Positions 9,690 through 17,940 of a DNA stretch of 36,225 nucleotides are shown here, piece by piece (positions within the stretch are counted from its first letter, which is position 1; the number at the start of each line of letters is the position of its first letter). The notes under the pieces were generated by a model. The model was not told the origin of the DNA, made no database searches, and saw only the letters and a program-made list of their open reading frames with translations. This DNA comes from a virus (lineage: Duplodnaviria; Caudoviricetes): IMG/VR virus record IMGVR_UViG_3300020042_002188, positions 1 through 36,225 of that record; one strand, given 5' to 3'. A program made the position numbers and the translations under genes.

Positions 9690-10379
9690 ATTGATCCTAT
9701 CTCCATACTCTTCGCTGCCAATGCTTGTGTAGCTGCAATTAAAGAAGGCTGCGAGCTTTATAAGCAAGCCAAAACTTCCTTCATGGAAGTTAAGAGAACA
9801 GTAGATGAAGTTGTAGGAATAGGAAAAGAAGTAAGAGGATTTTGGAGCAAACTGTTTGGGTCTAAACCAACACCTGTTGCTGTAATTACAAACATAAAGA
9901 AGAGAGAACAATTTGTAGCAGTAGATGAAACTCAGGTGATGGTGGACGTAGTCTCCCAACTCACTGAGTTTTTTAAACTTCAAGAGCAGCTAGCTGCACA
10001 CATAAGAGAAGAAGAAGAGAAGAGTCAAACTGTTTACGATCCAGAAGCTAACTTAATGGAAGCTGCCCTAAAGAGGGTGATGGCGCTGGATCAGATGGCA
10101 GCATTAGAAAAGACAATTAGAGAAACTATGGTGTATCAAAGCCCTCCAGAGATGGGAGCTTTATACAGCAAAGTGTTTGAGATGAGAGATATTATAGGAG
10201 CAGAACAAGAAGCAGCTAGGCTAGTGCAGGAAAAGCGTGAAAGAATTAAAAGATGGCAACGTCAAGTAACAGAACAGGACAGACAAAGAAAGTTAGTCTA
10301 CAGCCTTATGACTCTGGTGCTTATCGGATACCTCTGGATTCTTCTTCTGTCGTTCCACCGATACAAGGAAGTGATGTGA
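9690..10379 (+). CDS. Coiled-coil protein with C-terminal TM helix; probable ATT start (ATG alternative at 9783)
   Basis: Frame is open from ATT 9690 (IDPISILFAANACVAAIKEGCELYK...), 1 nt after the previous stop; C-terminal LVYSLMTLVLIGYLWILLL. Confidence 0.6.
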   Translation: MDPISILFAANACVAAIKEGCELYKQAKTSFMEVKRTVDEVVGIGKEVRGFWSKLFGSKPTPVAVITNIKKREQFVAVDETQVMVDVVSQLTEFFKLQEQLAAHIREEEEKSQTVYDPEANLMEAALKRVMALDQMAALEKTIRETMVYQSPPEMGALYSKVFEMRDIIGAEQEAARLVQEKRERIKRWQRQVTEQDRQRKLVYSLMTLVLIGYLWILLLSFHRYKEVM

Positions 10380-10606
10380 TGGGAGTATTGGGCTGGATTA
10401 CTGCTGTTATCTTAGTAGCTCTTATGCTGCCTTTATTAGCTTGGATGTATCTTGATGTTCTTTCACAAAAACAAGAAGTGAAGCAACAAACTGAGCAGAT
10501 AGAAAGACTTAGAAGAAAGATTGAAAGGAAAGAAGAGGACAAAGTTCCTAAAACCTTTTCGGACAATCCAATATTTGATAGACGGAGTAAACGTGAATAT
10601 TTATGA
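10379..10606 (+). CDS. N-terminal TM plus coiled-coil protein (i-spanin-like topology)
   Basis: TGATG coupling at 10377-10381; MGVLGWITAVILVALMLPLLAWMYL, then a charged coiled coil. Confidence 0.6.
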   Translation: MGVLGWITAVILVALMLPLLAWMYLDVLSQKQEVKQQTEQIERLRRKIERKEEDKVPKTFSDNPIFDRRSKREYL

Positions 10607-10775
10607 AATTTGGTTTCTATCTATCATGCTTGTTTTATTAACAGGCTGTGAAGATAGATACCGCTATCCTTGCCAAGATCCAAAGAATTGGAACAGTGAA
10701 GAATGTAAGCCCCCAATTTGTACAGCAGCAGGAACTTGTCCTGAGATGCTTGTTAAACCAGAAGAGAAGAAGTGA
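10593..10775 (+). CDS. Small Cys-rich lipoprotein
   Basis: GGAG RBS, GTG start, hydrophobic stretch and lipobox LTG-C; mature part CEDRYRYPCQDPKNW...C...C....C. Confidence 0.7.
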   Translation: MNIYEIWFLSIMLVLLTGCEDRYRYPCQDPKNWNSEECKPPICTAAGTCPEMLVKPEEKK

Positions 10776-11098
10776 TGCCAACAATAAGATATAAACCTAA
10801 TAGCCGTTTGACTGCTGATGAAATTGAGGTCAGAGTTTGGGCATTTGTTATCGTGGTGCTGGTCACCATTTTGCTAGCTTCTATGGGTATGTTTCTGTAC
10901 TCAGTGAGCTTTGTTACGCAACCAATGAATGGAAGCATGGCTGCAATTGACAAGGTGTATACACAGCAGATCTCAACAATAATGGTTTTCATCACTGGGG
11001 TACTTGGTGGTGTAGCTGGTAGGTCTGGAGTCAAAGCAATTGCCCATGCAAGCGCAAAAGCTGAAGCCATTGATAACGATGAGCCACCTGCTCCATGA
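10772..11098 (+). CDS. Two-TM membrane protein, holin candidate
   Basis: Two hydrophobic helices (VWAFVIVVLVTILLASMGMFLY; ISTIMVFITGVLGGVAG), next to the spanins and endolysin. Confidence 0.55.
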   Translation: MMPTIRYKPNSRLTADEIEVRVWAFVIVVLVTILLASMGMFLYSVSFVTQPMNGSMAAIDKVYTQQISTIMVFITGVLGGVAGRSGVKAIAHASAKAEAIDNDEPPAP

Positions 11099-11559
11099 GC
11101 ATCCTTAATCCCTACATACTTTTAACCGTTTTGCTGGCTGTTCTAAGCAGTTTTGGAGGGGGTTATTGGAAGGGTGGTTATGACTCTGATTTAAAGCAAC
11201 AAGCTGAGATTGCCACTTTGAATGAGAAGGCTAGAGAGACAGAGAAACAAATGACGGTTGTAGCCACAACATATGCAGATACATTAAGAAAGTCTAATAA
11301 AGATGCTGAAAAGAAAATCACTACTCTTAGGGCTAATGTTGCCACTGGTAATCTGCGCCTGTCAATCCCCACCCAAAGCCCCGTATGTTCCTCCTCAGTT
11401 GCCCCCACTACCGATGGAGATAACAGCGGAGAAACACGAACCGAACTTGACAGATCGGTTGCTGAATCTCTTATCAACATCACAGCCGAAGGCGACACAG
11501 CCATAAGAAAGCTTAATGCTTGTATTGAAACTTATAACACTTTAAGGAATATGAAATGA
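11095..11559 (+). CDS. Rz: Rz-like inner-membrane spanin
   Basis: N-terminal TM, coiled coil, LRANVATGNLRLSI and C-terminal GDTAIRKLNAC motifs; embedded lipoprotein ORF. Confidence 0.85.
   Translation: MSILNPYILLTVLLAVLSSFGGGYWKGGYDSDLKQQAEIATLNEKARETEKQMTVVATTYADTLRKSNKDAEKKITTLRANVATGNLRLSIPTQSPVCSSSVAPTTDGDNSGETRTELDRSVAESLINITAEGDTAIRKLNACIETYNTLRNMK
11303..11506 (+). CDS. Rz1: Rz1-like outer-membrane spanin embedded in Rz (+1 frame)
   Basis: MLKRKSLLLGLMLPLVICA-C lipobox with a Pro-rich mature region, fully nested in Rz. Confidence 0.8.
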   Translation: MLKRKSLLLGLMLPLVICACQSPPKAPYVPPQLPPLPMEITAEKHEPNLTDRLLNLLSTSQPKATQP

Positions 11560-12020
11560 ATTTAACAGCCAACTTTTCTTTACATGAGCTTACCAAGTCA
11601 GAAACTGCATTAAGACTAAACTTGGACAACACACCTGATGAAGCAGCCATCGCTAGTCTTAAACTTCTGTGTGAGAAAGTATTACAACCTATTAGAGATC
11701 ATTATCAAAAAGGTGTAAAGTGTAATAGTGCATTTCGCAGTCCTGAAAGTAATGCAGCAGTCGGAGGATCGAAGACCTCAGACCATTGCAAGGGCCAAGC
11801 AGCCGATATAGAAATACCCGGTGTACCTAATGCTGAGTTGGCTCAATGGATTATGGACAATTTAGAATATACACAGCTCATCCTTGAATTCTACACGCCC
11901 GGTATTGGTGACAGCGGGTGGGTCCATGTTTCCTATGATCCTAACAACCTTAAGAAACAAGAGTTGACAGCAACCAAACAAAATGGTAAGACGGTGTATT
12001 TAAATGGACTTGTTGCGTAA
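11556..12020 (+). CDS. Endolysin, peptidase M15A family
   Basis: SAFRS...N.AVGG...SDH..GQAADI and WVHVS zinc-binding motifs. Confidence 0.9.
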   Translation: MNLTANFSLHELTKSETALRLNLDNTPDEAAIASLKLLCEKVLQPIRDHYQKGVKCNSAFRSPESNAAVGGSKTSDHCKGQAADIEIPGVPNAELAQWIMDNLEYTQLILEFYTPGIGDSGWVHVSYDPNNLKKQELTATKQNGKTVYLNGLVA

Positions 12021-12033
12021 GCGGTGATATAAT
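12005..12033 (+). promoter_or_regulatory. Putative sigma70 promoter (extended -10)
   Basis: TGGACT, 17-nt spacer, TATAAT, with TGn immediately upstream (TGATATAAT). Confidence 0.5.
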
Positions 12034-12328
12034 GTCTCCAAACCACCTAAATATAATTGGTAGGGAATATGAGATTGTTTATTTAGATGAATTAAAAGAT
12101 GCTGTTGGTGAGTGTGATTGGGACAATTTAAAGATAAAAATAAAGAATGGTCAACCCCTACCACTAGAAGTGGATACAGTGTTACATGAAACTGTACATG
12201 CAATAGATAATGCTATGCAGCTTAATATGAGCGAAAGACAAGTGTATTGTTTAACTACAGGATTGATATCAGTGTTAAAAGATAATCAGCATTTTTTAGA
12301 ATATTTGTATAGGATAGTAAAAAAATGA
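12032..12328 (+). CDS. Small HExxH zinc metallopeptidase-like protein
   Basis: DTVLHETVHAI plus downstream SERQV (candidate third ligand Glu); 98 aa. Confidence 0.7.
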   Translation: MSPNHLNIIGREYEIVYLDELKDAVGECDWDNLKIKIKNGQPLPLEVDTVLHETVHAIDNAMQLNMSERQVYCLTTGLISVLKDNQHFLEYLYRIVKK

Positions 12329-15300
12329 AAGAAAATTTCACAGCAACACAAAAAGAAGTTGTAGCTAGAAAGATGGGCTATGACGGTCCTATGCAAATGT
12401 TTGATGAGTTCTTAATGTCTAGACCATCAGATGCACAGCGGTATGCTTCCATCACTTCTAAGTTTGCTGAGAACATGGCTAAGGGTGGTGTGGTTGGATA
12501 TAAAAATCTAGCAGCAAAGGGTAGGAATGGTGACACCATGCTTGCCCATATTACTCCTGAAGAAGCTGCATTGTTAAAGGCAAGGGGTGGTGCTGGAACT
12601 ATAAATCCTGAAACTGGCTTGCGTGAGTTTTATGGTCAGAATCAATTTATGTTTATGCCACAGGTTGAGATGCAGCCATTGCCTGTGCTGGCGCAAGCGT
12701 TTGCTCTTGAGGAATTTCAATATGTTCCTGATAAATTAAATCAAACTACAGTTCCAGAGGAACGTACTGGTGGTTGGGGTGGCGTAAGACCAGCATACGA
12801 GAAAGTTAGTGATAACTATTTACAATATGCAGATCGTTCACCAGCATTAGGTATGGGTAGTGGTAGGCAAATTGAAGGCTACTCAGTACCAACTGAACAC
12901 ACATTTCAAGGTAAGCCACTTCAAGCCAAATATGACGCAAAAGGTAATTTTAAGTATATAGAAATTGCTGGCGGCGATGTTTTAATTCCTGACCCAAACC
13001 AACCAAATATAGCTTCTTCACCAAAATTTAATAAGACTGGTGGAATTTTTGATTATGGAATCTTTGATTTAAATGATCAGGATGATGGTAGCTTTGGTAG
13101 CTTTGTAAGTGGGCTTATATCTGATTTTGGCCCAATGATTTTGGCTGGATTGACTGCTAATGCTTTTGCTGGTAGTGGTTTGTTAAGTGCTGGAGGTGCT
13201 ACTGCTGCTGACATTGCTGCTTCAAATGCGTTAGCCCAAGCCAATCTTACTGGTTATGCAGGGACAGCATTTTCTGCAATACCTACTGGCGTTGGTATAG
13301 TAGCAAGTGGTAGTCCATTAACTGGATTTGGAACTGGTGCAGCAGGGGCGGCAACTACTACAGCGGCAGAAGCTGTGGCTGCTGCTGAAGCTGCTGCGGC
13401 GGCGCAAGCGGCGGCGAGTGCTCCGGGTCTTGGAATTAAGGCTGCTACTGGTACTGGTCTTGATCTTGCCTCTACTATTGGTACAACAGTTGGTGATGCT
13501 GGAATAAAGGCTGGTATTGGTTCTAGCCTTGATACAGTTGGCACTCTTGCTGCCACTACAGGTGGAGGTGCTGGCATAACTGCTGGATCAGCAGGGGCTA
13601 ATACTATTGGTGCAGGGCTTGGCACAGAACTCGCTGGAATAACTACAGGCATTGCCTCTGGCGCTGGTGGGCCAACTTTGCTTGATGCAGCTAAGACGGC
13701 TAAGGACATTTTAGACACATCAAAAGAAAAGGAAAAAGAAAACAAACCTAAAGATGTATCTGGTGCTATTGGTTTACTCCTTGGTCTTTTAGGTGAGCGT
13801 AGTAAATCTACTAGAGGCCAAAGAAACTATGTTAATGGCGGCGATGTTACTCTAACTCCCGATATCGCTAGAAGTTTGATGGATCGGACTACAACCGTTG
13901 GCGTGTCTAATGCCGAGCTTGACAAATATGGGGGCTACGGCGCAGTCAAGGCAATGTTTAATGCCAATGAAGGCAGTTCAGCATCATCAACAGGGGGCAG
14001 TCCATCAACAGCAGGTAATCCTGCGCTTGGAACACAATCAACAGCAGCAATAGCCCCTACTACAACTACAACATTCACTGATGCAATGAAAGCCACTGCA
14101 GCTCAAACAGCCGCTTTAAAAGCCGCCAGCGAAAAGCCAGATGTTGTAGCTCAAACAGCAACTGCCCCCGAAAAAGTGGTGGCAGATATGATAACAGCAG
14201 ACAAGGCACAAACAGCCCTTACTACAGCTTTAGAGAAAGTATCGGCAGAAACAGGCAGTGTATCTGAAGGCGCAAAGGCTGCTGCTGCCACTGTTACTCC
14301 AACTACAACAGATGTGGGTAAGGACGCAGCTGCTACTGGTACAGCGACAGCTGTAAAAGAACCAACAGATAGAGTGTTACAAACTGGTGAGCAGGTTAGT
14401 GGATCTGCTGTAGATCAGCAACAAGTTGCAGAAGCCTTAGCTAAAACACAAGCTGCTCAAGGTACAGTGACAGAAGACATGACTACACAGGGTCAGCTTA
14501 ATAAACTGTTAAAAAACTTTGACGCAGGAAATCCACCACCTTGGGCTGCTGCCTCTATGCGTTCTGTTACAGCACAACTTGCTACTAGAGGACTTGGTGC
14601 TAGCAGCATGGCAGGACAAGCCATTATACAAGCTACACTAGAAGCTGCTATTCCTATTGCTGCCACTGATGCCAAGGTGTTTGAACAGATGGGTTTACAG
14701 AACCTGTCTAATAAACAACAAACAGCAATGATATTAGGAGAACAAAGAGCTAAATTCTTAGGACAAGAGTTTGATCAAAGCTTCCAAGCTAAAGTATTAA
14801 ATGCTGCCCGTGTTGCAGACATTGCTGATAAAAATTTTACTGCTGATGTAACCATTGCTTTAGAGAATGCTCGTATAACAAGCACAATGGACTTACAGAA
14901 CTTGTCAAACAAACAAGCACTGATATTAGCTAAGACAGCACAGGTTGCTAATTTAGAAACAGCCAACTTAAGCAATAAACAACAAGTGGCTGTAGAAAAT
15001 GCTAAGGCTTTCTTAACTTTAGATGTTAAGAACTTAGACAACAAACAACAAGTAGCTCTGTTTAAAGGTAAAGCAATTGCTGATTCAATTCTTACAGACA
15101 CCGCTGCTTCTAATGCAATTAAGGCAACTAACGCTACCAATGCTTTAGACGCTTCTAAAGTGAATGCACAGCTTGCATTTTCTGCTTCACAGTTTAATGC
15201 AGCAGAAAAGAATAAGGTGGCTATATTTAATAAGACTGCTGCTGAAGAAATTTCAAAATTTAACGCACAACAAGAAAATCAAAGAGCAGAGTTTAATGCA

Positions 15301-15699
15301 AATTTATCAACTCAAATTAGCGTAGCAAATGCTAAACTATTGGCAGATGTTTCTATGGCAAACACTAGAGAAACAAATGCTATGGCTGCTGTCAATGCTA
15401 AGAATGCCACAGATTTGTCTGCTTCTACTTATGCTCAGCTTTCTCAAACATATAGAGATCAGCTTGAGACAACATGGAAGACTGCTGAGAATGTTTTAGA
15501 TAGGGCTAATGACATTGCTAAAGTGACTCTCACTACTGAGGCAACTAAGTATGCGGGGGACGCAGCAGCAGATGCTGCTTACTATGCAGCTTTAGGTAGC
15601 TTAAGTGCTAGCCTGTTAAACTCTGCCGGAGGTAGTAAAGTAGTGAGTTCTCTTCTTGATAAAGGGATTGATACAGTGCTTGGTTGGCTTGATTTTTGA
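12325..15699 (+). CDS. Internal (ejected) virion protein, 1124 aa
   Basis: Ala/Gly/Thr-rich; C-terminal half has QNLSNKQQ repeats and FNA motifs; GRNGDTMLAHITPEEA...INPETGLREF motif; in the internal-protein block. Confidence 0.7.
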   Translation: MKENFTATQKEVVARKMGYDGPMQMFDEFLMSRPSDAQRYASITSKFAENMAKGGVVGYKNLAAKGRNGDTMLAHITPEEAALLKARGGAGTINPETGLREFYGQNQFMFMPQVEMQPLPVLAQAFALEEFQYVPDKLNQTTVPEERTGGWGGVRPAYEKVSDNYLQYADRSPALGMGSGRQIEGYSVPTEHTFQGKPLQAKYDAKGNFKYIEIAGGDVLIPDPNQPNIASSPKFNKTGGIFDYGIFDLNDQDDGSFGSFVSGLISDFGPMILAGLTANAFAGSGLLSAGGATAADIAASNALAQANLTGYAGTAFSAIPTGVGIVASGSPLTGFGTGAAGAATTTAAEAVAAAEAAAAAQAAASAPGLGIKAATGTGLDLASTIGTTVGDAGIKAGIGSSLDTVGTLAATTGGGAGITAGSAGANTIGAGLGTELAGITTGIASGAGGPTLLDAAKTAKDILDTSKEKEKENKPKDVSGAIGLLLGLLGERSKSTRGQRNYVNGGDVTLTPDIARSLMDRTTTVGVSNAELDKYGGYGAVKAMFNANEGSSASSTGGSPSTAGNPALGTQSTAAIAPTTTTTFTDAMKATAAQTAALKAASEKPDVVAQTATAPEKVVADMITADKAQTALTTALEKVSAETGSVSEGAKAAAATVTPTTTDVGKDAAATGTATAVKEPTDRVLQTGEQVSGSAVDQQQVAEALAKTQAAQGTVTEDMTTQGQLNKLLKNFDAGNPPPWAAASMRSVTAQLATRGLGASSMAGQAIIQATLEAAIPIAATDAKVFEQMGLQNLSNKQQTAMILGEQRAKFLGQEFDQSFQAKVLNAARVADIADKNFTADVTIALENARITSTMDLQNLSNKQALILAKTAQVANLETANLSNKQQVAVENAKAFLTLDVKNLDNKQQVALFKGKAIADSILTDTAASNAIKATNATNALDASKVNAQLAFSASQFNAAEKNKVAIFNKTAAEEISKFNAQQENQRAEFNANLSTQISVANAKLLADVSMANTRETNAMAAVNAKNATDLSASTYAQLSQTYRDQLETTWKTAENVLDRANDIAKVTLTTEATKYAGDAAADAAYYAALGSLSASLLNSAGGSKVVSSLLDKGIDTVLGWLDF

Positions 15700-15715
15700 T
15701 TAAGGGTAAAATATA

Positions 15716-15925
15716 ATGAAACACATTCAATCATACATGAACAAAATAGAAGGCATCATTGCTTCTAATAAACCTTCTTCTAAGAAGAAGCCTATGGGCT
15801 TTGCTCCTACTAAAGAGAAGCAAACAGAAGAGACTAAAAAAGAAGATATGAATATGAAAATTGTAGCTGATACAGTGCAGGGCATTAGAGAAGCTAGAAA
15901 AGGAATGCTAAGTGCAACCAAATAA
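15716..15925 (+). CDS. Small basic hypothetical protein
   Basis: 69-aa Lys-rich ORF filling the gap between larger genes. Confidence 0.6.
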   Translation: MKHIQSYMNKIEGIIASNKPSSKKKPMGFAPTKEKQTEETKKEDMNMKIVADTVQGIREARKGMLSATK

Positions 15926-16412
15926 ATCAAGCCCTTTTGATGTACTACAACCCATAGCTCCGGGTATTTCTTGGACTGCTCCTGAGAAGAGCAGACCTTG
16001 GCAACAACCCCCACAGCTAGTTAATATTGGAGATGTCATTCAAAGATATATGAATGCTTTCTCTGATCCAGAAGCTATGTCTAACGCCATTGATGCTTTA
16101 GAAACTAAAGTGCCTTTATCTGTAATGGCACAAACAATTATGCTCAACCATGTTAGTGAAGGTGTTCATACATTGGACATGGGCATACTTATTATGCCTG
16201 TCCTTATTGAGCTGTTAGTTACATTTGCAGACCTTAGTAAAATAGAATACACTATTTTTCCTGATGAAATAGAGAAGCGAAATATTATTCCTCTTGGTAT
16301 TGCTAAGCTTGCTATGAAAAAAGCTTTAGAGAGAATGGAGAACACTGTTGAGGAAGTACAGGAAACAAAGCCAGTAGGTCTAATGGCACGTAAACAAAAA
16401 GAGGTGATGTAA
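15912..16412 (+). CDS. Putative internal virion protein
   Basis: GTG start with AAGGA RBS; PIAPGISWT...PWQQPPQ motif; ends GLMARK. Confidence 0.65.
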   Translation: MQPNKSSPFDVLQPIAPGISWTAPEKSRPWQQPPQLVNIGDVIQRYMNAFSDPEAMSNAIDALETKVPLSVMAQTIMLNHVSEGVHTLDMGILIMPVLIELLVTFADLSKIEYTIFPDEIEKRNIIPLGIAKLAMKKALERMENTVEEVQETKPVGLMARKQKEVM

Positions 16413-17932
16413 TGGCTGGTAATTTCTTTCAAGCATTTGCAACTGGTGCTGCTACCACTCTCACTGAGAATATTAAAAGAGAAGAAAATAATGCTAGAGA
16501 ACTAGCTGCTGCTCAAGCGGAAATGCTTATTAATAATCACACTAAAGTAAGAGATGCTAGAGAAAAGCAAGCTAATAAAATGATAGATGATGTTCAATTT
16601 CTTAGCACTCAGTTTCCTGCAATTTCCAATGACGATTTAGTGATGGCTGCTACAAATCCTTCTGCTGTTGCTGCTTTAAGAGCTAGAGCAGCACAGCCTG
16701 ATTGGAATCCTCAAACTATTAAATTTAGCGACTTTGCACAGCTTACTTCTACGAACACTGGCGCTTCAGTGGGTAAGCTTGTTAACGATTTGTTTGATAA
16801 ATCTGTTACTGAGAAAACTGCTGAGAAAGCTACTGTTGAAGTTAAAAAGGGACTGTCTCTAATTAAAAGAATTACAGAAGGTACACAAGAGCAAGAGCTC
16901 AAACGAATTGTTTCTCCATTAGGATATGATGTAGACAAGTTAAAAGCAGACATAGGAAGAAGACCTGAAACTCCTGAAGGTAAAGTTAAGTTTAACTTAG
17001 GTGTTTTAGCTACGCCTAGTTATGATGCAGAATTAAAAAAAGCGAAGCTTGATGTGGTTGAAGCACAGAAGAATAACGATCCTGTGGCTTTTGAAAAGGC
17101 TTCTGCTAAAGTTACTGCTTTTACTGTGGCTGAAGCCCTTACTCGCACTGAAAAATTAACCGAGGAACAGATACAATCTAATCTTGTTACACAGATTCAA
17201 GCAGAAAAAGATCCAGCTAAAAGGACTGCTCTTGAAACTCAGCTTAATAACAGACAAAAACTTTTAGCCCCTGATAAGAAAGTTACAGAGGCTGATATTA
17301 GAACAGACATAACTAATAGAATCATTGAAGCTACAAAAATTAACGATACTAAACAAGTTGCTCTCTTAACTGTTGAATTGAAACAACGTGAAAAACTTCT
17401 TGATAAACAAGAAACTAACGCAGAGAAAATATCAGCAGCCAATTACATATCAGCAGCCACTAAAGGTGTTGCTTCTGCTGTTCAAGACTCTATGCCTCCC
17501 GGCTCACTCATTACCATTACTAATCCTGATGGATCAACATCTGTACAACCTAAAGACTTGGCTTCTGAGAAGCTTTACAGACAAGGTATAAATAATGGAA
17601 GAAGGGCTGTTATTGCTCAGATGACAAACCAAGATGGTAAACCTATATCTGAGCTTCATAAGGTAGCTTTGATTTCTATTGGTGTTGTATTTGATCAGAA
17701 TGGTGTTGCTAGACTTCCGTCTGGTGGAGGAACACCACCTCCAGCACCAGTAGTGACACCTGCACCAGCAGCAGTAGCACCAGCAGCATCTGCCCCTGCC
17801 CCTAAGCCACTGCCTGCTACAACTAAGACAGCTACTATGGCAGAGGTTAATAGATATGCAGCACAGAAAAAACTTACTCCTGCACAAGTAATAACAGACT
17901 TAAAAAATAACGGCTATAAGATTGTAGACTAA
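16412..17932 (+). CDS. Internal virion protein, 506 aa
   Basis: N-terminal FFQAFATGAA, helical body, Pro/Ala linker and short C-terminal domain. Confidence 0.65.
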   Translation: MAGNFFQAFATGAATTLTENIKREENNARELAAAQAEMLINNHTKVRDAREKQANKMIDDVQFLSTQFPAISNDDLVMAATNPSAVAALRARAAQPDWNPQTIKFSDFAQLTSTNTGASVGKLVNDLFDKSVTEKTAEKATVEVKKGLSLIKRITEGTQEQELKRIVSPLGYDVDKLKADIGRRPETPEGKVKFNLGVLATPSYDAELKKAKLDVVEAQKNNDPVAFEKASAKVTAFTVAEALTRTEKLTEEQIQSNLVTQIQAEKDPAKRTALETQLNNRQKLLAPDKKVTEADIRTDITNRIIEATKINDTKQVALLTVELKQREKLLDKQETNAEKISAANYISAATKGVASAVQDSMPPGSLITITNPDGSTSVQPKDLASEKLYRQGINNGRRAVIAQMTNQDGKPISELHKVALISIGVVFDQNGVARLPSGGGTPPPAPVVTPAPAAVAPAASAPAPKPLPATTKTATMAEVNRYAAQKKLTPAQVITDLKNNGYKIVD

Positions 17933-17940
17933 GGAACATC

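Noticed and set aside
10253-10378. Longer N-terminal extensions given by the ORF track (10253, also 707, 10521, 27455, 33153, 36165)
   Set aside because: They overlap upstream genes or terminators; downstream starts have RBS or stop-start coupling.
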